A stretch of 64,000 bases of DNA from an uncultured Pseudohongiella sp. Its GTDB lineage: Bacteria; Pseudomonadota; Gammaproteobacteria; Pseudomonadales; Pseudohongiellaceae. Below, piece by piece: positions 46,360 through 56,955 of the stretch (within the stretch, counting starts at the first letter, position 1; each line of letters begins with the position of its first letter). The position numbers and the translations under genes are program-made. Location of the stretch: the NCBI GenBank assembly GCA_964352355.1, contig CAYGRT010000013.1, positions 6,828-70,827 on the forward strand. Direction: 5' to 3'. The notes under the pieces are model-generated. The model saw nothing but the letters and a program-made list of their open reading frames with translations. It was not told the DNA's origin and ran no database searches.

Positions 46360-49300
46360 TGACTGAATATTTTGCCATCGTCAAACGTGCCAGCCTTGCA
46401 TTAGCCAAGTCCATTCTTGCACTCGCTTTACTTGCTATCGGCTTGGTTACAATTGCTGTCAACACTGGCGTTTTCACAGAAGCAATTGCCGCCCGTGTAG
46501 TGGCAGAACTAAATGCTCACACTAGCCTAAACCTTCGTTATGCATCCGTGACAGGAGTGCCAATCCGGAATCTAACTATCAAAGACTTAGAGATAAACAT
46601 TGGCGATCAAGCCGTCAGTGTTAAAGAGGCAGAGATGACCTGGAGCCCTTTCCAGCTCATGTCAAATTCATTGGATATTTCATCGCTAAAACTTACGGGC
46701 GTTCAATTGACAGTTAGCGCATCATCAAACCCTGCTGAGCCCGGCCGCGAACAATTACTATCCACTCTGGATCCAATCGGCATTGAGTTAGTTATTTCAG
46801 AGCTTATTGTGGACGGCTTTGCACTTGTGACAAATGACCAAGTAGTGACAATTGATACCTTACAAACAGCTCTTGCTGTCAATGACCAGCTTATAGCGCT
46901 GTCAGGCTTGTTTATAAGAAAGACTGACAATGAACTCACTGGATCAATTGACGTGAGTGTTGGTAATTCTCCCCATCTAGAAGCTGACCTTGATTGGTAT
47001 AGCCCCGCATTGCAGGCCAACATTCCTTCAAGCGTGCTGAGCCTGCTACCGCAGTTGGGTGCGGAAGTGCCTTCAGGTCAATTGCAGATCAATGGCTGGA
47101 CTCAAGAACTCACTGTTAAGCACTCGTTGCTAACCCCGATTGCCATGAGTTCAAACGGCACGCTCACCAACCCCTTAGAGTTGGATAGTTTATTTTTTAG
47201 TTTCACGCAAAATGCTGACTCGCTGTTGCTCGACACAAGCACTGGAACCCTGACAACGCTGAATCAAGTGCAAATCGACGTCGAGGGAAACCTGTCGCAA
47301 CAGACCTTTCGAGTAAGCACAGATGTGCAGGATGAAAGGCTCGCCGATGTGACGCTAGCCGCCCAGCTTACACTGGCAGAGCAGCAGCTTCTAATGCAAA
47401 CACTCGAACTGCAAACTGCTAGCGGCACCGCGCTGGGAAATGCCACCATCGATTTTAGCAATGCCATTCGCATAAACGGCAGCTTTACAATCAATGACAC
47501 AGCACCTCTATCGGTTGTAAACATTGTCACTCCTTTCGATTTAGCCAATCTGACCAGCAATGGCGATTTTGCTATCAGCCAAGCGCCCCAAGGTTGGAAT
47601 GGCACAGTTGAAGTAAGCGAGCTCTTGGGAGTACTTAGCGGTTATCCTCTTAAAGGCAATGCTGCCTTTAGCCTGCAAAATAATACGCTTGTCATCGATG
47701 CGCTCACTCTTGCTACCAATGACAACAGCCTCGGCATAGCCGGCAGCCTAGCGGACGCTGCAGGCATTCGGTGGAATTTAGACGTGCCAGCACTGAACCA
47801 AGTATTACCAAATGCAAACGGCTCAATTCGCGGCAGAGGCACGCTGTCAACTATCAATGACAGTTTAGCTGTGCTCGGCATGATTGAGGCCAAGGCAATA
47901 GACTATCAAACACTGTTTGCTGACGAAGTTCTGATTGATTTCGATTTCAATCAAGATGCGGTCGCCGCAACAATAGCATTAAAAGGTGTCAGCCAAACGG
48001 AAAATGAAGTAGTGGCGCTTATTAATCAGGCCAATCTCGTTCTTAATGGCAATCCAGAAAGCCATAGGATCAACGGCGTGATTGATTCACCCTTTGCCTC
48101 TGTCACAACTGCTATTGCAGGAAGTTTCTCCCAAGCAGGAACAGACTGGGATTGGACCGGTGCTGTCTCCTCTGCACAGGTAAATTCTAGCTACGGACTT
48201 TGGCAACTTGGCTCCGCCCTTCAAATTTCACTCAATAACAGTCTTGAAATAAGTGTTTCTGGCGGCTGCTTTGAACAGCAATCAACCCGCTTGTGTACTT
48301 CTCTAAGCGGTTCTGTTGGAAACTCTTTGCAATCACAACTTTCACTCAATGGATTACCCTTATCACAGTTGAACCAAGGAAGTAGAGACTACAGCAATGA
48401 ATTTGTAACCCCTCAGCTGCCTTCATTGCCATCAGGGTTTCAGTTGGACGGTACAGTATCTGCTCTAATAACCGCAGGTTTTGGCACGACCGCACCGGAG
48501 ATTAACTTGAGCATTGAGTCCGAGGGCACCCGACTGACAATTGATCCAGCTCAATTCGACAATGCCGACGAGTCCGTAGCACCCGAACTCGAAGTGCAGT
48601 CATACCTCATTGATCAACTCTCCATCACCGCGTCTGGCAACCTTGATCGGCTTGGATTGATTTCACAAATTCGAATCAACGAAATGAATTTGCATGATGA
48701 AACACTAACCGCGCCAGGACTGGTCAGCTCAGAAGTATTCATCAGTAACATGAGCGAGCTCGAAGGCGATATAAGACTAAGTTTGCCTTCCCTTGACTGG
48801 GTACCCGCTGTGGTTGCAGGGGTCAGCAATGTGCAAGGCGGCGCTACCAGTTCGATTAAAGTAAGCGGTTCAATCCAGCAACCTAGTCTGGGCGGCAATA
48901 TTGAAGTTAGCAATTTGGGCTTTGACGTGGACGCTTTGGGAGTCCGTTTTAGGGATGCCAATCTTAGCGCCGAACAGGCAGCCGATGGGAGCTACGTGAT
49001 ATCGGGCAGTTTAAACTCTGGCGAAGGTGCAGCGACAGTGTCTGGACGCATCAACGATTTATTCCTCGCCAGTTGGTCAGCCGAGGGGGAGATATCAGGA
49101 AGCAATTTCTTGTTTATAAACCGGCCCGAGCTCAGCATTACAGCGTCACCTGATTTAAGTCTTAACGCCTCTGCCGCTCTAATTGATATCAGTGGTCAGC
49201 TTGGGCTGCCGACGCTCCAGCTTGATGTTGAGAGCTTGCCTGACTCTGCCATCGATGTGTCTCGCGATGTGGTGATCACTAATAATTCAGGCACGCTACC

Positions 49301-50051
49301 TAATCAAGACACTAATGTGTATGTTGACGAACGCTCCCTTTTTTCTATTCCACTTGCCGCTGATATCAATGTGACACTGGAAGACAACGTTCGATTTAAT
49401 GGCTTTGGTATCTCGGCAGCCCTTGGCGGCGACATCAACTACCGCCAGACTGCCACCGGTGCTAGCTCAACCTACGGTGAGCTATCGATTCTTTCAGGCA
49501 GCTATAAAGCCTATCAGCAAGAGCTTGTTATCAGACAAGGCCAGTTTCTCTTTTTTGGAGCGCTTGACAATCCAGCCTTAGATATTAGAGCCGTGCGTGA
49601 AGTCAACGACATCACTGTGGGTGTGCTAATGAATGGAACCCTTAAAAGCATTAATAGTCAGCTGTTTTCAACTCCAGCCCTGCCTGAGAATGACATCATT
49701 TCCTTGATAGCAACTGGTAGAAAGTTTTCGTCAATCGGAGAAGGGGATGATGTCAATATATTGAACACAATCGCCAATTTAGGTCTCAACCGCAGCCAGG
49801 GTTTTACAAATTCCATGCGCGATAGACTAGGTCTCGATGCCCTTGCAATCACTAATACTGGGGACATCAATAACAGCGTTCTTACTGTAGGCAAGTATGT
49901 GACACCCGACATTTTTATTCGTTACGGTGTCGGGCTTTTTGACAATCAATCCAAAATTTCGGTTGATTACACCTTGGGAGAGAACTTGAAACTGCAGGCT
50001 GAGTCAGGCGAGTTTCAGAGTATCGACATAACCTATTCGGTTGAAAAATAG
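46359..50051 (+). CDS. tamB: Translocation and assembly module inner-membrane-anchored subunit TamB
   Basis: 1230 aa with an N-terminal TM anchor and a long, repetitive, beta-rich periplasmic region. The C-terminal end is DUF490-type (VGKYVTPDIFIRYGVGLFD...LKLQAESG). It is translationally coupled to tamA. Confidence 0.8.
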   Translation: MTEYFAIVKRASLALAKSILALALLAIGLVTIAVNTGVFTEAIAARVVAELNAHTSLNLRYASVTGVPIRNLTIKDLEINIGDQAVSVKEAEMTWSPFQLMSNSLDISSLKLTGVQLTVSASSNPAEPGREQLLSTLDPIGIELVISELIVDGFALVTNDQVVTIDTLQTALAVNDQLIALSGLFIRKTDNELTGSIDVSVGNSPHLEADLDWYSPALQANIPSSVLSLLPQLGAEVPSGQLQINGWTQELTVKHSLLTPIAMSSNGTLTNPLELDSLFFSFTQNADSLLLDTSTGTLTTLNQVQIDVEGNLSQQTFRVSTDVQDERLADVTLAAQLTLAEQQLLMQTLELQTASGTALGNATIDFSNAIRINGSFTINDTAPLSVVNIVTPFDLANLTSNGDFAISQAPQGWNGTVEVSELLGVLSGYPLKGNAAFSLQNNTLVIDALTLATNDNSLGIAGSLADAAGIRWNLDVPALNQVLPNANGSIRGRGTLSTINDSLAVLGMIEAKAIDYQTLFADEVLIDFDFNQDAVAATIALKGVSQTENEVVALINQANLVLNGNPESHRINGVIDSPFASVTTAIAGSFSQAGTDWDWTGAVSSAQVNSSYGLWQLGSALQISLNNSLEISVSGGCFEQQSTRLCTSLSGSVGNSLQSQLSLNGLPLSQLNQGSRDYSNEFVTPQLPSLPSGFQLDGTVSALITAGFGTTAPEINLSIESEGTRLTIDPAQFDNADESVAPELEVQSYLIDQLSITASGNLDRLGLISQIRINEMNLHDETLTAPGLVSSEVFISNMSELEGDIRLSLPSLDWVPAVVAGVSNVQGGATSSIKVSGSIQQPSLGGNIEVSNLGFDVDALGVRFRDANLSAEQAADGSYVISGSLNSGEGAATVSGRINDLFLASWSAEGEISGSNFLFINRPELSITASPDLSLNASAALIDISGQLGLPTLQLDVESLPDSAIDVSRDVVITNNSGTLPNQDTNVYVDERSLFSIPLAADINVTLEDNVRFNGFGISAALGGDINYRQTATGASSTYGELSILSGSYKAYQQELVIRQGQFLFFGALDNPALDIRAVREVNDITVGVLMNGTLKSINSQLFSTPALPENDIISLIATGRKFSSIGEGDDVNILNTIANLGLNRSQGFTNSMRDRLGLDALAITNTGDINNSVLTVGKYVTPDIFIRYGVGLFDNQSKISVDYTLGENLKLQAESGEFQSIDITYSVEK

Positions 50052-50103
50052 CAATCGGGTTGCCTAAATCAGCCTTAACACCGCATGCGCAAATTTATAA
50101 CTT

Positions 50104-51084
50104 TTATTGTTCTACCTGCTTCGGCAACGCTAATTCGTTTGATCGAATGTGAAGATCTCTCTGGGGGTACGGTACCCTAATATTATTGGCTTTAAACTTT
50201 TCCCAAATTTTGAACAACACGTCACTGGTCGGCCCCCACCGTCCCTCTGTAACATCTGACACCCAAAAATGGAGAATAAAGTTAACCGAACTGTCTCCGA
50301 ACTCTCTAAGAAAGCAAGCCGGCGCTGGATCTTCAAGACATCGTTCATGTTCGCCGGCTGTTTCTACAATTAGGTCATGGGCAAGTTGTAAATCAGAGTC
50401 GTATGCCACCTTGATGGCGATTTCAACTCGGCCTTTGTTGCTTGAATAGGTCCAGTTGGTCACTCGACTTGTTATCAAGTCCTCGTTGGGCACGAGTATT
50501 TCTTTGCCATCGAGAGTCTCGATCAGTGTAAACCTTGCGCGTGCCTTGCGAATAAATCCAAAGGTTCCGTCTGACAGTTCGACTAAGTCCCCTTCTTCTA
50601 TAGAGCGTTCAAACAGCAAGATTAGCCCGCTTATAAAATTGCTGGCTATTTTCTGCAAGCCAAAGCCGAGACCGATACCTAGTGCGCCACTGAATACCGT
50701 CAAGGTAGTCAGATCCACTCCCATAAAGTCAATGGTAAACAGTATGGCTACTACGTAGATCAGAATTTGCGATATTTTGACGATCAACGTGCGATTAGCC
50801 GCGCGCATTCCGCTGATTTTATTAATCCTTATCTCCGCCTCATCAGTAATGATAGCGGTAATCCAAAATACCAAAGCGATCACCACGAATGCGCGTAAGG
50901 CGCTATACAGACTGATGTTGTAGCTGCCGATGGAAAGCGTGAATTGTTGCTGTGTCAGAGTCGCTCGCAGTTCCGCGAAGTAGCCCAAATTGGCCAGAAT
51001 GGCAATGGCTACTAGGGTCAGTAAGATTAGCCATTTAGCCTGTAAGCTTTTTGGCTTAATGAGCCGCAAAAAAAGGCTTCTCAT
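50104..51084 (-). CDS. Mechanosensitive ion channel, MscS family
   Basis: TM helices followed by the MscS beta-domain pattern GDLVELSDGTFGFIRKARARFTLIETLDGKEILVPNEDLITSRVTNW. Confidence 0.8.
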   Translation of the reverse strand: MRSLFLRLIKPKSLQAKWLILLTLVAIAILANLGYFAELRATLTQQQFTLSIGSYNISLYSALRAFVVIALVFWITAIITDEAEIRINKISGMRAANRTLIVKISQILIYVVAILFTIDFMGVDLTTLTVFSGALGIGLGFGLQKIASNFISGLILLFERSIEEGDLVELSDGTFGFIRKARARFTLIETLDGKEILVPNEDLITSRVTNWTYSSNKGRVEIAIKVAYDSDLQLAHDLIVETAGEHERCLEDPAPACFLREFGDSSVNFILHFWVSDVTEGRWGPTSDVLFKIWEKFKANNIRVPYPQRDLHIRSNELALPKQVEQ

Positions 51085-51306
51085 GAATTGGTCCTTTCAA
51101 CAAGTTCTGACCGCAGTAACGGCCACAAAGTCGAAATGATATCTTATGCCGCCATAGATAGCAGGTTTTTCACAAATTCCAGCACTTACAGAGGAATGTT
51201 CTCGTCCAGATTGTCAGTTGAGCATTGGAGCGACTGGACATTTATGGCAAGCTAGCACTCTTATCATTTAATGTTCTCTTTCTAGCCATTTGTTTTGAGG
51301 TTTGCG

Positions 51307-53466
51307 ATGCGAAATTTACTTGTAGCAGTTAGTCTAATCTCGGCATTAGTCCATGCCGACGAGGGGATGTGGCAACCCCACCAACTACCCCAGCTTAATG
51401 AAAGACTGAGACAACTGGGACTTGAAATAGACCCACAAAATTTGAGCTCCTTAGACGAGTTCCCTATGAATGCTGTCGTCAGCTTAGGTGGTTGCAGCGC
51501 CTCTTTTGTTTCACCACAGGGCTTGGTCGTATCTAACCACCACTGCGTCTATGGCTCCGTGCAATACAATAGCTCTGCAGACAACAACCTACTAATTGAT
51601 GGGTTTCTTGCAAAATCCTTTAGCGAAGAACTTCCTGCTGCGCCAGGGACTCGGGTATACGTCACCGAAGATGTACGGGAAGTGACTCCCGATGTACTCG
51701 CCGGCACCAATGATTCAATGTCCGGGGCGGACCGTTACCTTACAATAGAAAACAACCGAAAGAACTTGATTGCACAGTGCGAATCCACCGGCATCCACCG
51801 CTGTAGCGTGTCTTCCTTCCATGGCGGACTGGAATACTTTCTTATAAAAAGTTTGGAAATACGAGACGTTAGGCTGGTGTACGCGCCCGCCACCAGTATC
51901 GGTAAATACGGTGGTGACGCCGACAACTGGCAATGGCCAAGACACACAGGTGATTTTGGTTTCTACCGCGCCTATGTAGACAGCAATGGCGTGCCGGCAG
52001 ATTACAACGAGAGCAATGTGCCTTATCAGGCACCAAGTTTCCTCGAAGTGAGCGCAAAAGGCGTTGAAGCTGGAGACTTCGTGATGGGTGTTGGCTATCC
52101 CGGCAGCACCAATCGATACCGAACTGCTGCCGAAGTAGAACACGAGTTTGAATGGTATTACCCCCAAGCGCGACAAATGCGCGAAGACATCATAGAAATT
52201 ATTAATACGAATACTGCCGAGGGCAGTCAAGCTAGATTAGCTTATGAAGATACCTTAGCTGGACTGGCAAACTACGCAAAAAACTTCCAATCTATGGTGG
52301 AAAGTTTCCAGCATAGCGACTTTCTTGAGCGAAGACGCTCTGAAGAGGCAGCCATCGCCCAATGGATTCGAAGCGACGTCACTCGCAATGAACTTTATGG
52401 GGCTGCTATCGACATGCTAAGCAGCATCATCGAGACCAGCAACAACGGTGCCGAACAAGAATTAGTTCAAAGCTATCTTGCCTACGCTAGACTGCCAAGT
52501 ACTGCTTCTAGGCTTTATCGCTATGCGGTAGAGCAAGAGAAGCCAGATGCCGAAAGGGAGCCCGGTTATCAAGATCGTGACCTGAGCCGCTTTCAACAAT
52601 CTATGCGAGTTCTCAGTCGCCGCTATGACGAACAAGTCGATAAAGCGACTCTAAGCTACTTGTTATCCCGCTACGCTGAGCTTCCCGAGCAATATCGCTG
52701 GGCGTCCATGGATAGTTTTTTTGGCATTGATGGCAGTTACGACCAATCTGCAGTAGAGCAGCTCATCGAGCAAATCTATAACGCTACCTCACTTGATCAA
52801 GAAGACGTTCGCCTAGCTTGGATGGGCAAAAGCGTCGAAGAATTTAAGAACAGCGATGACCCTTTGATTCAATTTGCTGTCGCTTCTTTCGACGAGCGTA
52901 TGGCTCTGGAAAAAGAGACCAAGGAATTAATTGGCCAACTGCAACAATGGCGACCCCGCTATATGGAAGCAGTTATTGCATACCTGCGAAGCTACGACCT
53001 TCCGGTCTATGCCGATGCCAATAGCACGCTTCGAGTAACCTTTGGTCAAGTAATTGGCAATCAGCCAAAAGATGGATTGACTAACCAGCCGTTCACTAAG
53101 CTTGAGGGCATTCTGGAAAAAGACACAGGAGTTGCCCCATTCAACGCGCCCCAAAAGCAACTTGATCTAATCAAAGCCAAGCAATATGGTGACTACGTTT
53201 TTCCAGAACTCGCCTCGGTCCCTGTAAACTTTCTTAGCACTCTCGACATCACCGGCGGCAACTCCGGCACCGCGACGATGAATAGTAAAGCCCAACTAGT
53301 GGGTTTGTTATTTGATGGAGTTTACGAAAGCATCATCGGAGATTGGGATTTCGACGACAATAAAAATCGCGCAATCTCGGTAGACTCCCGCTACATGCTG
53401 TGGGTGATGGAGTACATGGATGGCGCGACCAACTTACTCGAAGAGATGACCATAGTCACTGACTAA
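51307..53466 (+). CDS. S46-family dipeptidyl-peptidase (DPP7 / DAP BII-like)
   Basis: Signal peptide followed by DEGMW, which is the typical S46 mature N-terminus. Catalytic His in VVSNHHC and catalytic Ser in TGGNSGT. Gly lies at Ser+18 (LFDGV). Confidence 0.85.
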   Translation: MRNLLVAVSLISALVHADEGMWQPHQLPQLNERLRQLGLEIDPQNLSSLDEFPMNAVVSLGGCSASFVSPQGLVVSNHHCVYGSVQYNSSADNNLLIDGFLAKSFSEELPAAPGTRVYVTEDVREVTPDVLAGTNDSMSGADRYLTIENNRKNLIAQCESTGIHRCSVSSFHGGLEYFLIKSLEIRDVRLVYAPATSIGKYGGDADNWQWPRHTGDFGFYRAYVDSNGVPADYNESNVPYQAPSFLEVSAKGVEAGDFVMGVGYPGSTNRYRTAAEVEHEFEWYYPQARQMREDIIEIINTNTAEGSQARLAYEDTLAGLANYAKNFQSMVESFQHSDFLERRRSEEAAIAQWIRSDVTRNELYGAAIDMLSSIIETSNNGAEQELVQSYLAYARLPSTASRLYRYAVEQEKPDAEREPGYQDRDLSRFQQSMRVLSRRYDEQVDKATLSYLLSRYAELPEQYRWASMDSFFGIDGSYDQSAVEQLIEQIYNATSLDQEDVRLAWMGKSVEEFKNSDDPLIQFAVASFDERMALEKETKELIGQLQQWRPRYMEAVIAYLRSYDLPVYADANSTLRVTFGQVIGNQPKDGLTNQPFTKLEGILEKDTGVAPFNAPQKQLDLIKAKQYGDYVFPELASVPVNFLSTLDITGGNSGTATMNSKAQLVGLLFDGVYESIIGDWDFDDNKNRAISVDSRYMLWVMEYMDGATNLLEEMTIVTD

Positions 53467-53476
53467 AAATAAGGCT

Positions 53477-53513
53477 GTGCTGGGGGCGATGCAATATCAA
53501 TCGCCCCCAGCAC
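53477..53513. terminator. 14-bp perfect hairpin between convergent genes (possible bidirectional terminator)
   Basis: Stem gtgctgggggcgat (53477-53490) / atcgcccccagcac (53500-53513). There is no clear U-tract on either side. Confidence 0.45.
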
Positions 53514-53522
53514 CTGACCAAT

Positions 53523-54722
53523 TTAGTAGACTCGACAAGCTAGGCCTTTAAGGTACTGACTCTCCGGAAACTCTAGGGCGATGGGATGATCCTCTCCCTG
53601 ATGCAGATAGCGGACAATTTCACCTTGCCTTGAAGCATCCAACAAAGCGTCAGACGTAATCTTTTGAAAAAGATTCAATTCTATCGCTCCTGAGCAAGAG
53701 TAGCTAAGTAAAAGCCCGCCGGGGCTTAAGAGCTTACATGCCTGCAGCGCCAAGTCTTTGTAGGCTCGTGCCGCTTTCATCACTTGATTTTTATTTTCAG
53801 CAAATTTGGGCGGGTCTAACACTATCACGTCGAAGCTTCGCTCTTGGCCCTGAAAATTTCGCAGCACATGAAATACGTTATCAGTAATGCTTGTATGATT
53901 TTTTGTGCCTAGTTCATTAAGAGCTAGGTTCGCTTCCAGCAATGCCATTGCCGCCGCAGATGAATCGATACTCGTCACATGACTGGCACCACTTTTTAAG
54001 GCAGCGATGCTAAACCCTCCCGTGTAACTAAAACAGTTCAGCACCGTTTTACCTTGGCAGTGTTCACGCAAAAACTGGCGATTGTTCACTTGATCCAGAA
54101 AAAACCCAGTTTTTTGCCCGCCTACAACATCTACATGAAACAGCATGCCATTCTCATTTATTGGAATAACTGCAGGTGGCGCCTCACCCCAGAGTACACC
54201 TGTCACCTGCTCTAAGCCCTCTTTCGCTCTTGAGCTGACGTCAGATCTTTCATAGATACCCTTGCATCCGCTAAGGTCCGCCAACGCCGATACTATTGAT
54301 TGCTTCCAAGGCTCAAGCCCTGCAAAAAGAAACTGACACACTAAGAAATCAGCGTATTTGTCCACGATTAAACCAGGCAAGTGGTCTGACTCTCCATAGA
54401 CCAATCGGCAGGCATTGCGCTGCTCGCTGCTCAGAAGTTCTGAACGCTTAGCCAGCGCTTTCGTCAGTCTTCGCACAAAAAAATCTTTGTTAATTGATTC
54501 GTTCTCGAAACTAAGAACACGCACTCTGATTTGCGATGAAGGGGAATACCCGCCCACGGCGATGAACTGGTTTTTGCTGTCCACCACCTGCACAATGTCG
54601 CCAGATTTTAAATCACTACTCTCCCGCTCGATACCACCGGAGAATATCCAAGGATGATGACGACGCAAGGAAGCGTCACGATTTTTTTTGAGTTTAATAA
54701 CAGCTAAAGTAGATTCAGGCAT
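53523..54722 (-). CDS. rlmI: 23S rRNA (cytosine1962-C5)-methyltransferase
   Basis: The ATG at 54722 gives 399 aa, starting MPESTLAVIKLKKNRDASLRRHHPWIFSG (E. coli RlmI has ...LLRRHPWVFSG). SAM-MTase motifs VLNCFSYTGGFS and VILDPPKF. Confidence 0.85.
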   Translation of the reverse strand: MPESTLAVIKLKKNRDASLRRHHPWIFSGGIERESSDLKSGDIVQVVDSKNQFIAVGGYSPSSQIRVRVLSFENESINKDFFVRRLTKALAKRSELLSSEQRNACRLVYGESDHLPGLIVDKYADFLVCQFLFAGLEPWKQSIVSALADLSGCKGIYERSDVSSRAKEGLEQVTGVLWGEAPPAVIPINENGMLFHVDVVGGQKTGFFLDQVNNRQFLREHCQGKTVLNCFSYTGGFSIAALKSGASHVTSIDSSAAAMALLEANLALNELGTKNHTSITDNVFHVLRNFQGQERSFDVIVLDPPKFAENKNQVMKAARAYKDLALQACKLLSPGGLLLSYSCSGAIELNLFQKITSDALLDASRQGEIVRYLHQGEDHPIALEFPESQYLKGLACRVY

Positions 54723-54884
54723 AACGGATAAAGGCATGGGTAGTTGGCGGGTTAGGATCATTATTGATGAGACGCCGCAAGCAGCCCTCGAAGAATAAGA
54801 GCTATCTCCGCCCAAGTCTATGGAAACTTGCTGTAGAGGGAAGCTGAGCTTCAATAAGTCACAACAGCCCTCTTATTCGCTGTT

Positions 54885-55754
54885 TCAGGGTTGGTTACTG
54901 TCAAGCTTTTCATTAACAGTCAACACAAGATTCAGTGCCGCCTGCTGTGCTTCTCTATTCAACTTTAAGACCAGCTTTCCTGCTCCCCCCCCAGGCAGAT
55001 GCTTGAAGACTTTCATATTGCGGCCTTGTATCACCAATTCGCTACTCCAGAACCTTTGCTGCAGCTTTATGGTTTTTATATCCGCCAGGGCAATGGACGC
55101 TTCTTTGAGCTGCGTGCGTAGCAATCCCAGCAAGGCATCATAGGTTTGGAACTCTATTTGTAAATGATCATCAACTAAGGACACCATGCCTTCTGACTCC
55201 ATCAAACCACTGGGGTCATCAATTTTAAAACTCACGTTAGCGTCTTCGTCAAAATACGCTGACGTACCATTTCGCGCCAGTTCACTGGTACGCTCCAAAG
55301 CTTTCTGTAAAAACTCCGGGGCAAATCGAAGGCCTAGATAGTGACCCATCAACAAGAACCCCATGGCAACCACTATATAGCCAAGCCAGTACTGGTCCAT
55401 CCCTGCCAGCAGATTAACAAACAGCGCAAACACCGCTACACACACAAAGACCAAGCAGTGCCCTTTGAATTTAGCCCAAAGCTGTTTGTCCTGATCTTTA
55501 CTTACCTGCTGCTGTTCTAATAGCAAAATGGAGCGGTCAATGGTTTCCGCACTTACTCCCAAATCTTTACCGATAGCGACTAATTCACTGTAATCAACCG
55601 TGTCTGCTGTTTCCCCGGAATCATTTAAAAGTCCTAATCGAATGATATCCGCTACTTCGTCGCTGCTGTAGCGACGAGACATCTTTCGCGAAGCGGTTTT
55701 TCTATGCGCGCTGCCCTCGGCTTCTTCCTGGTTCGAAGCTTCATACTCTGTCAT
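54885..55754 (-). CDS. Hypothetical membrane protein (acidic N-terminal region, two TM helices, C-terminal soluble domain)
   Basis: ORF 54885..55802. I prefer the ATG at 55754 over the TTG at 55802. No family recognised. Confidence 0.45.
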   Translation of the reverse strand: MTEYEASNQEEAEGSAHRKTASRKMSRRYSSDEVADIIRLGLLNDSGETADTVDYSELVAIGKDLGVSAETIDRSILLLEQQQVSKDQDKQLWAKFKGHCLVFVCVAVFALFVNLLAGMDQYWLGYIVVAMGFLLMGHYLGLRFAPEFLQKALERTSELARNGTSAYFDEDANVSFKIDDPSGLMESEGMVSLVDDHLQIEFQTYDALLGLLRTQLKEASIALADIKTIKLQQRFWSSELVIQGRNMKVFKHLPGGGAGKLVLKLNREAQQAALNLVLTVNEKLDSNQP

Positions 55755-56005
55755 CGTTTTTCGCCTGTCATTTTCGTCAATTAAAGATAATTTTTTCGGC
55801 AAATCGCCATTCTACAGGGAAATAGCAAATATCAGGCCACTATAGTGCGTCTATCTGCAAGCCCACGTTTCATGGGCCCTAGCGGGCGGGCTCAAGCCCC
55901 TTGGCGGTAGCGAGTTTAGTCTCATTTGCTAAAAGTTGGTGAAATTACACAAGATATGAACGCAGCACTGGGTTGAGCGCAGCGGCAAGGCTGATTGTCG
56001 CCGTA

Positions 56006-56953
56006 TTAGGCGACGGGCAACAACACCTTAAAGGTAGTGCCTCGGCCAAGCTCGCTGCTTACATCTAAATTCCCTTGCAGTTCTTGCATGATGCCGAAAC
56101 TAATAGAGAGGCCTAGCCCAGTGCCTTCGCCAACGGGTTTAGTGGTAAAAAATGGAGTAAACAACTTACCCATATTCTCCTCAGAGATGCCTGAGCCATT
56201 GTCCTCAACTTCGATCACCACATTGGAGTTTGATTCATAGGAACGTAAAAATATATGACCTTCCTCATGCTCGATAGCTTGAGTGGCATTGACAAGCAAA
56301 TTCAAAAAGACCTGGCCCAGCTTTGTTTCACTAGCCATCACTTTTGGTACGGGCTGAAGATCCATGGTGATCTGGCAGCCACCTTTTGTTTGACCATTGA
56401 CGAGCGCATAAATTGAACGCAGGCAATTGTTGACATCCAGCAGCGCGTGCTCAAAACCTCCTGTATGAGCGAATGTACGCAGGCCTTTTACAATTTCGCC
56501 AATTCGAGTCAGCCCATCAAGAGACTCATCAATCAAGCTTAAACTATCCGCGGAAATGTAACTGAGGTCCGTCTCCTTGAGATACCGAGAAACTTCATCT
56601 TTGAGCTGTGAGAATTCCTCGCCGCCCGGTGCAAGTTCAAGGAATTTTTCGAGATAGTCAGACAGACGAAGAAAAACCGGCAGATATTCCTTGAGAGTAT
56701 GAATGTTACTTTGCACATAGCCTACAGGGTTATTTATTTCATGGGCTATTCCCGCCACTAAGATACCAATCGACGCCATTTTTTCGGAATGTACTAACTG
56801 TCGCTGGTTTTTCTGGAGATCTAGATGAGCGAGTTCTAGGTCCTCATAGAATGAGAATAACTCTCTGGATTTTTTTTCCAGTAATTGCTCCGCAAGTTTG
56901 CGTCTTACTCGCTCTCGCTGCAGCGCTTTTTCGATCGCTGACTGAGTTTCCAT
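56006..56953 (-). CDS. hnoK: Cytoplasmic histidine kinase associated with H-NOX
   Basis: There is no TM or sensor domain. H-box AGIAHEINNP, motifs DNGSGI and GTGLGLS. It starts 2 nt after the H-NOX stop. Confidence 0.75.
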   Translation of the reverse strand: METQSAIEKALQRERVRRKLAEQLLEKKSRELFSFYEDLELAHLDLQKNQRQLVHSEKMASIGILVAGIAHEINNPVGYVQSNIHTLKEYLPVFLRLSDYLEKFLELAPGGEEFSQLKDEVSRYLKETDLSYISADSLSLIDESLDGLTRIGEIVKGLRTFAHTGGFEHALLDVNNCLRSIYALVNGQTKGGCQITMDLQPVPKVMASETKLGQVFLNLLVNATQAIEHEEGHIFLRSYESNSNVVIEVEDNGSGISEENMGKLFTPFFTTKPVGEGTGLGLSISFGIMQELQGNLDVSSELGRGTTFKVLLPVA

Positions 56954-56955
56954 TG

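Noticed and set aside
51715-52230. Long antisense ORFs inside confidently called genes. Examples are 51715..52230, 59921..60370, 35696..36085, 7967..8392, 39368..39721, 47264..47605 and 48614..48961.
   Set aside because: They lie entirely within, and opposite to, ORFs that have strong family signatures. They have biased low-complexity composition and no recognisable motifs, so I treat them as shadow ORFs.
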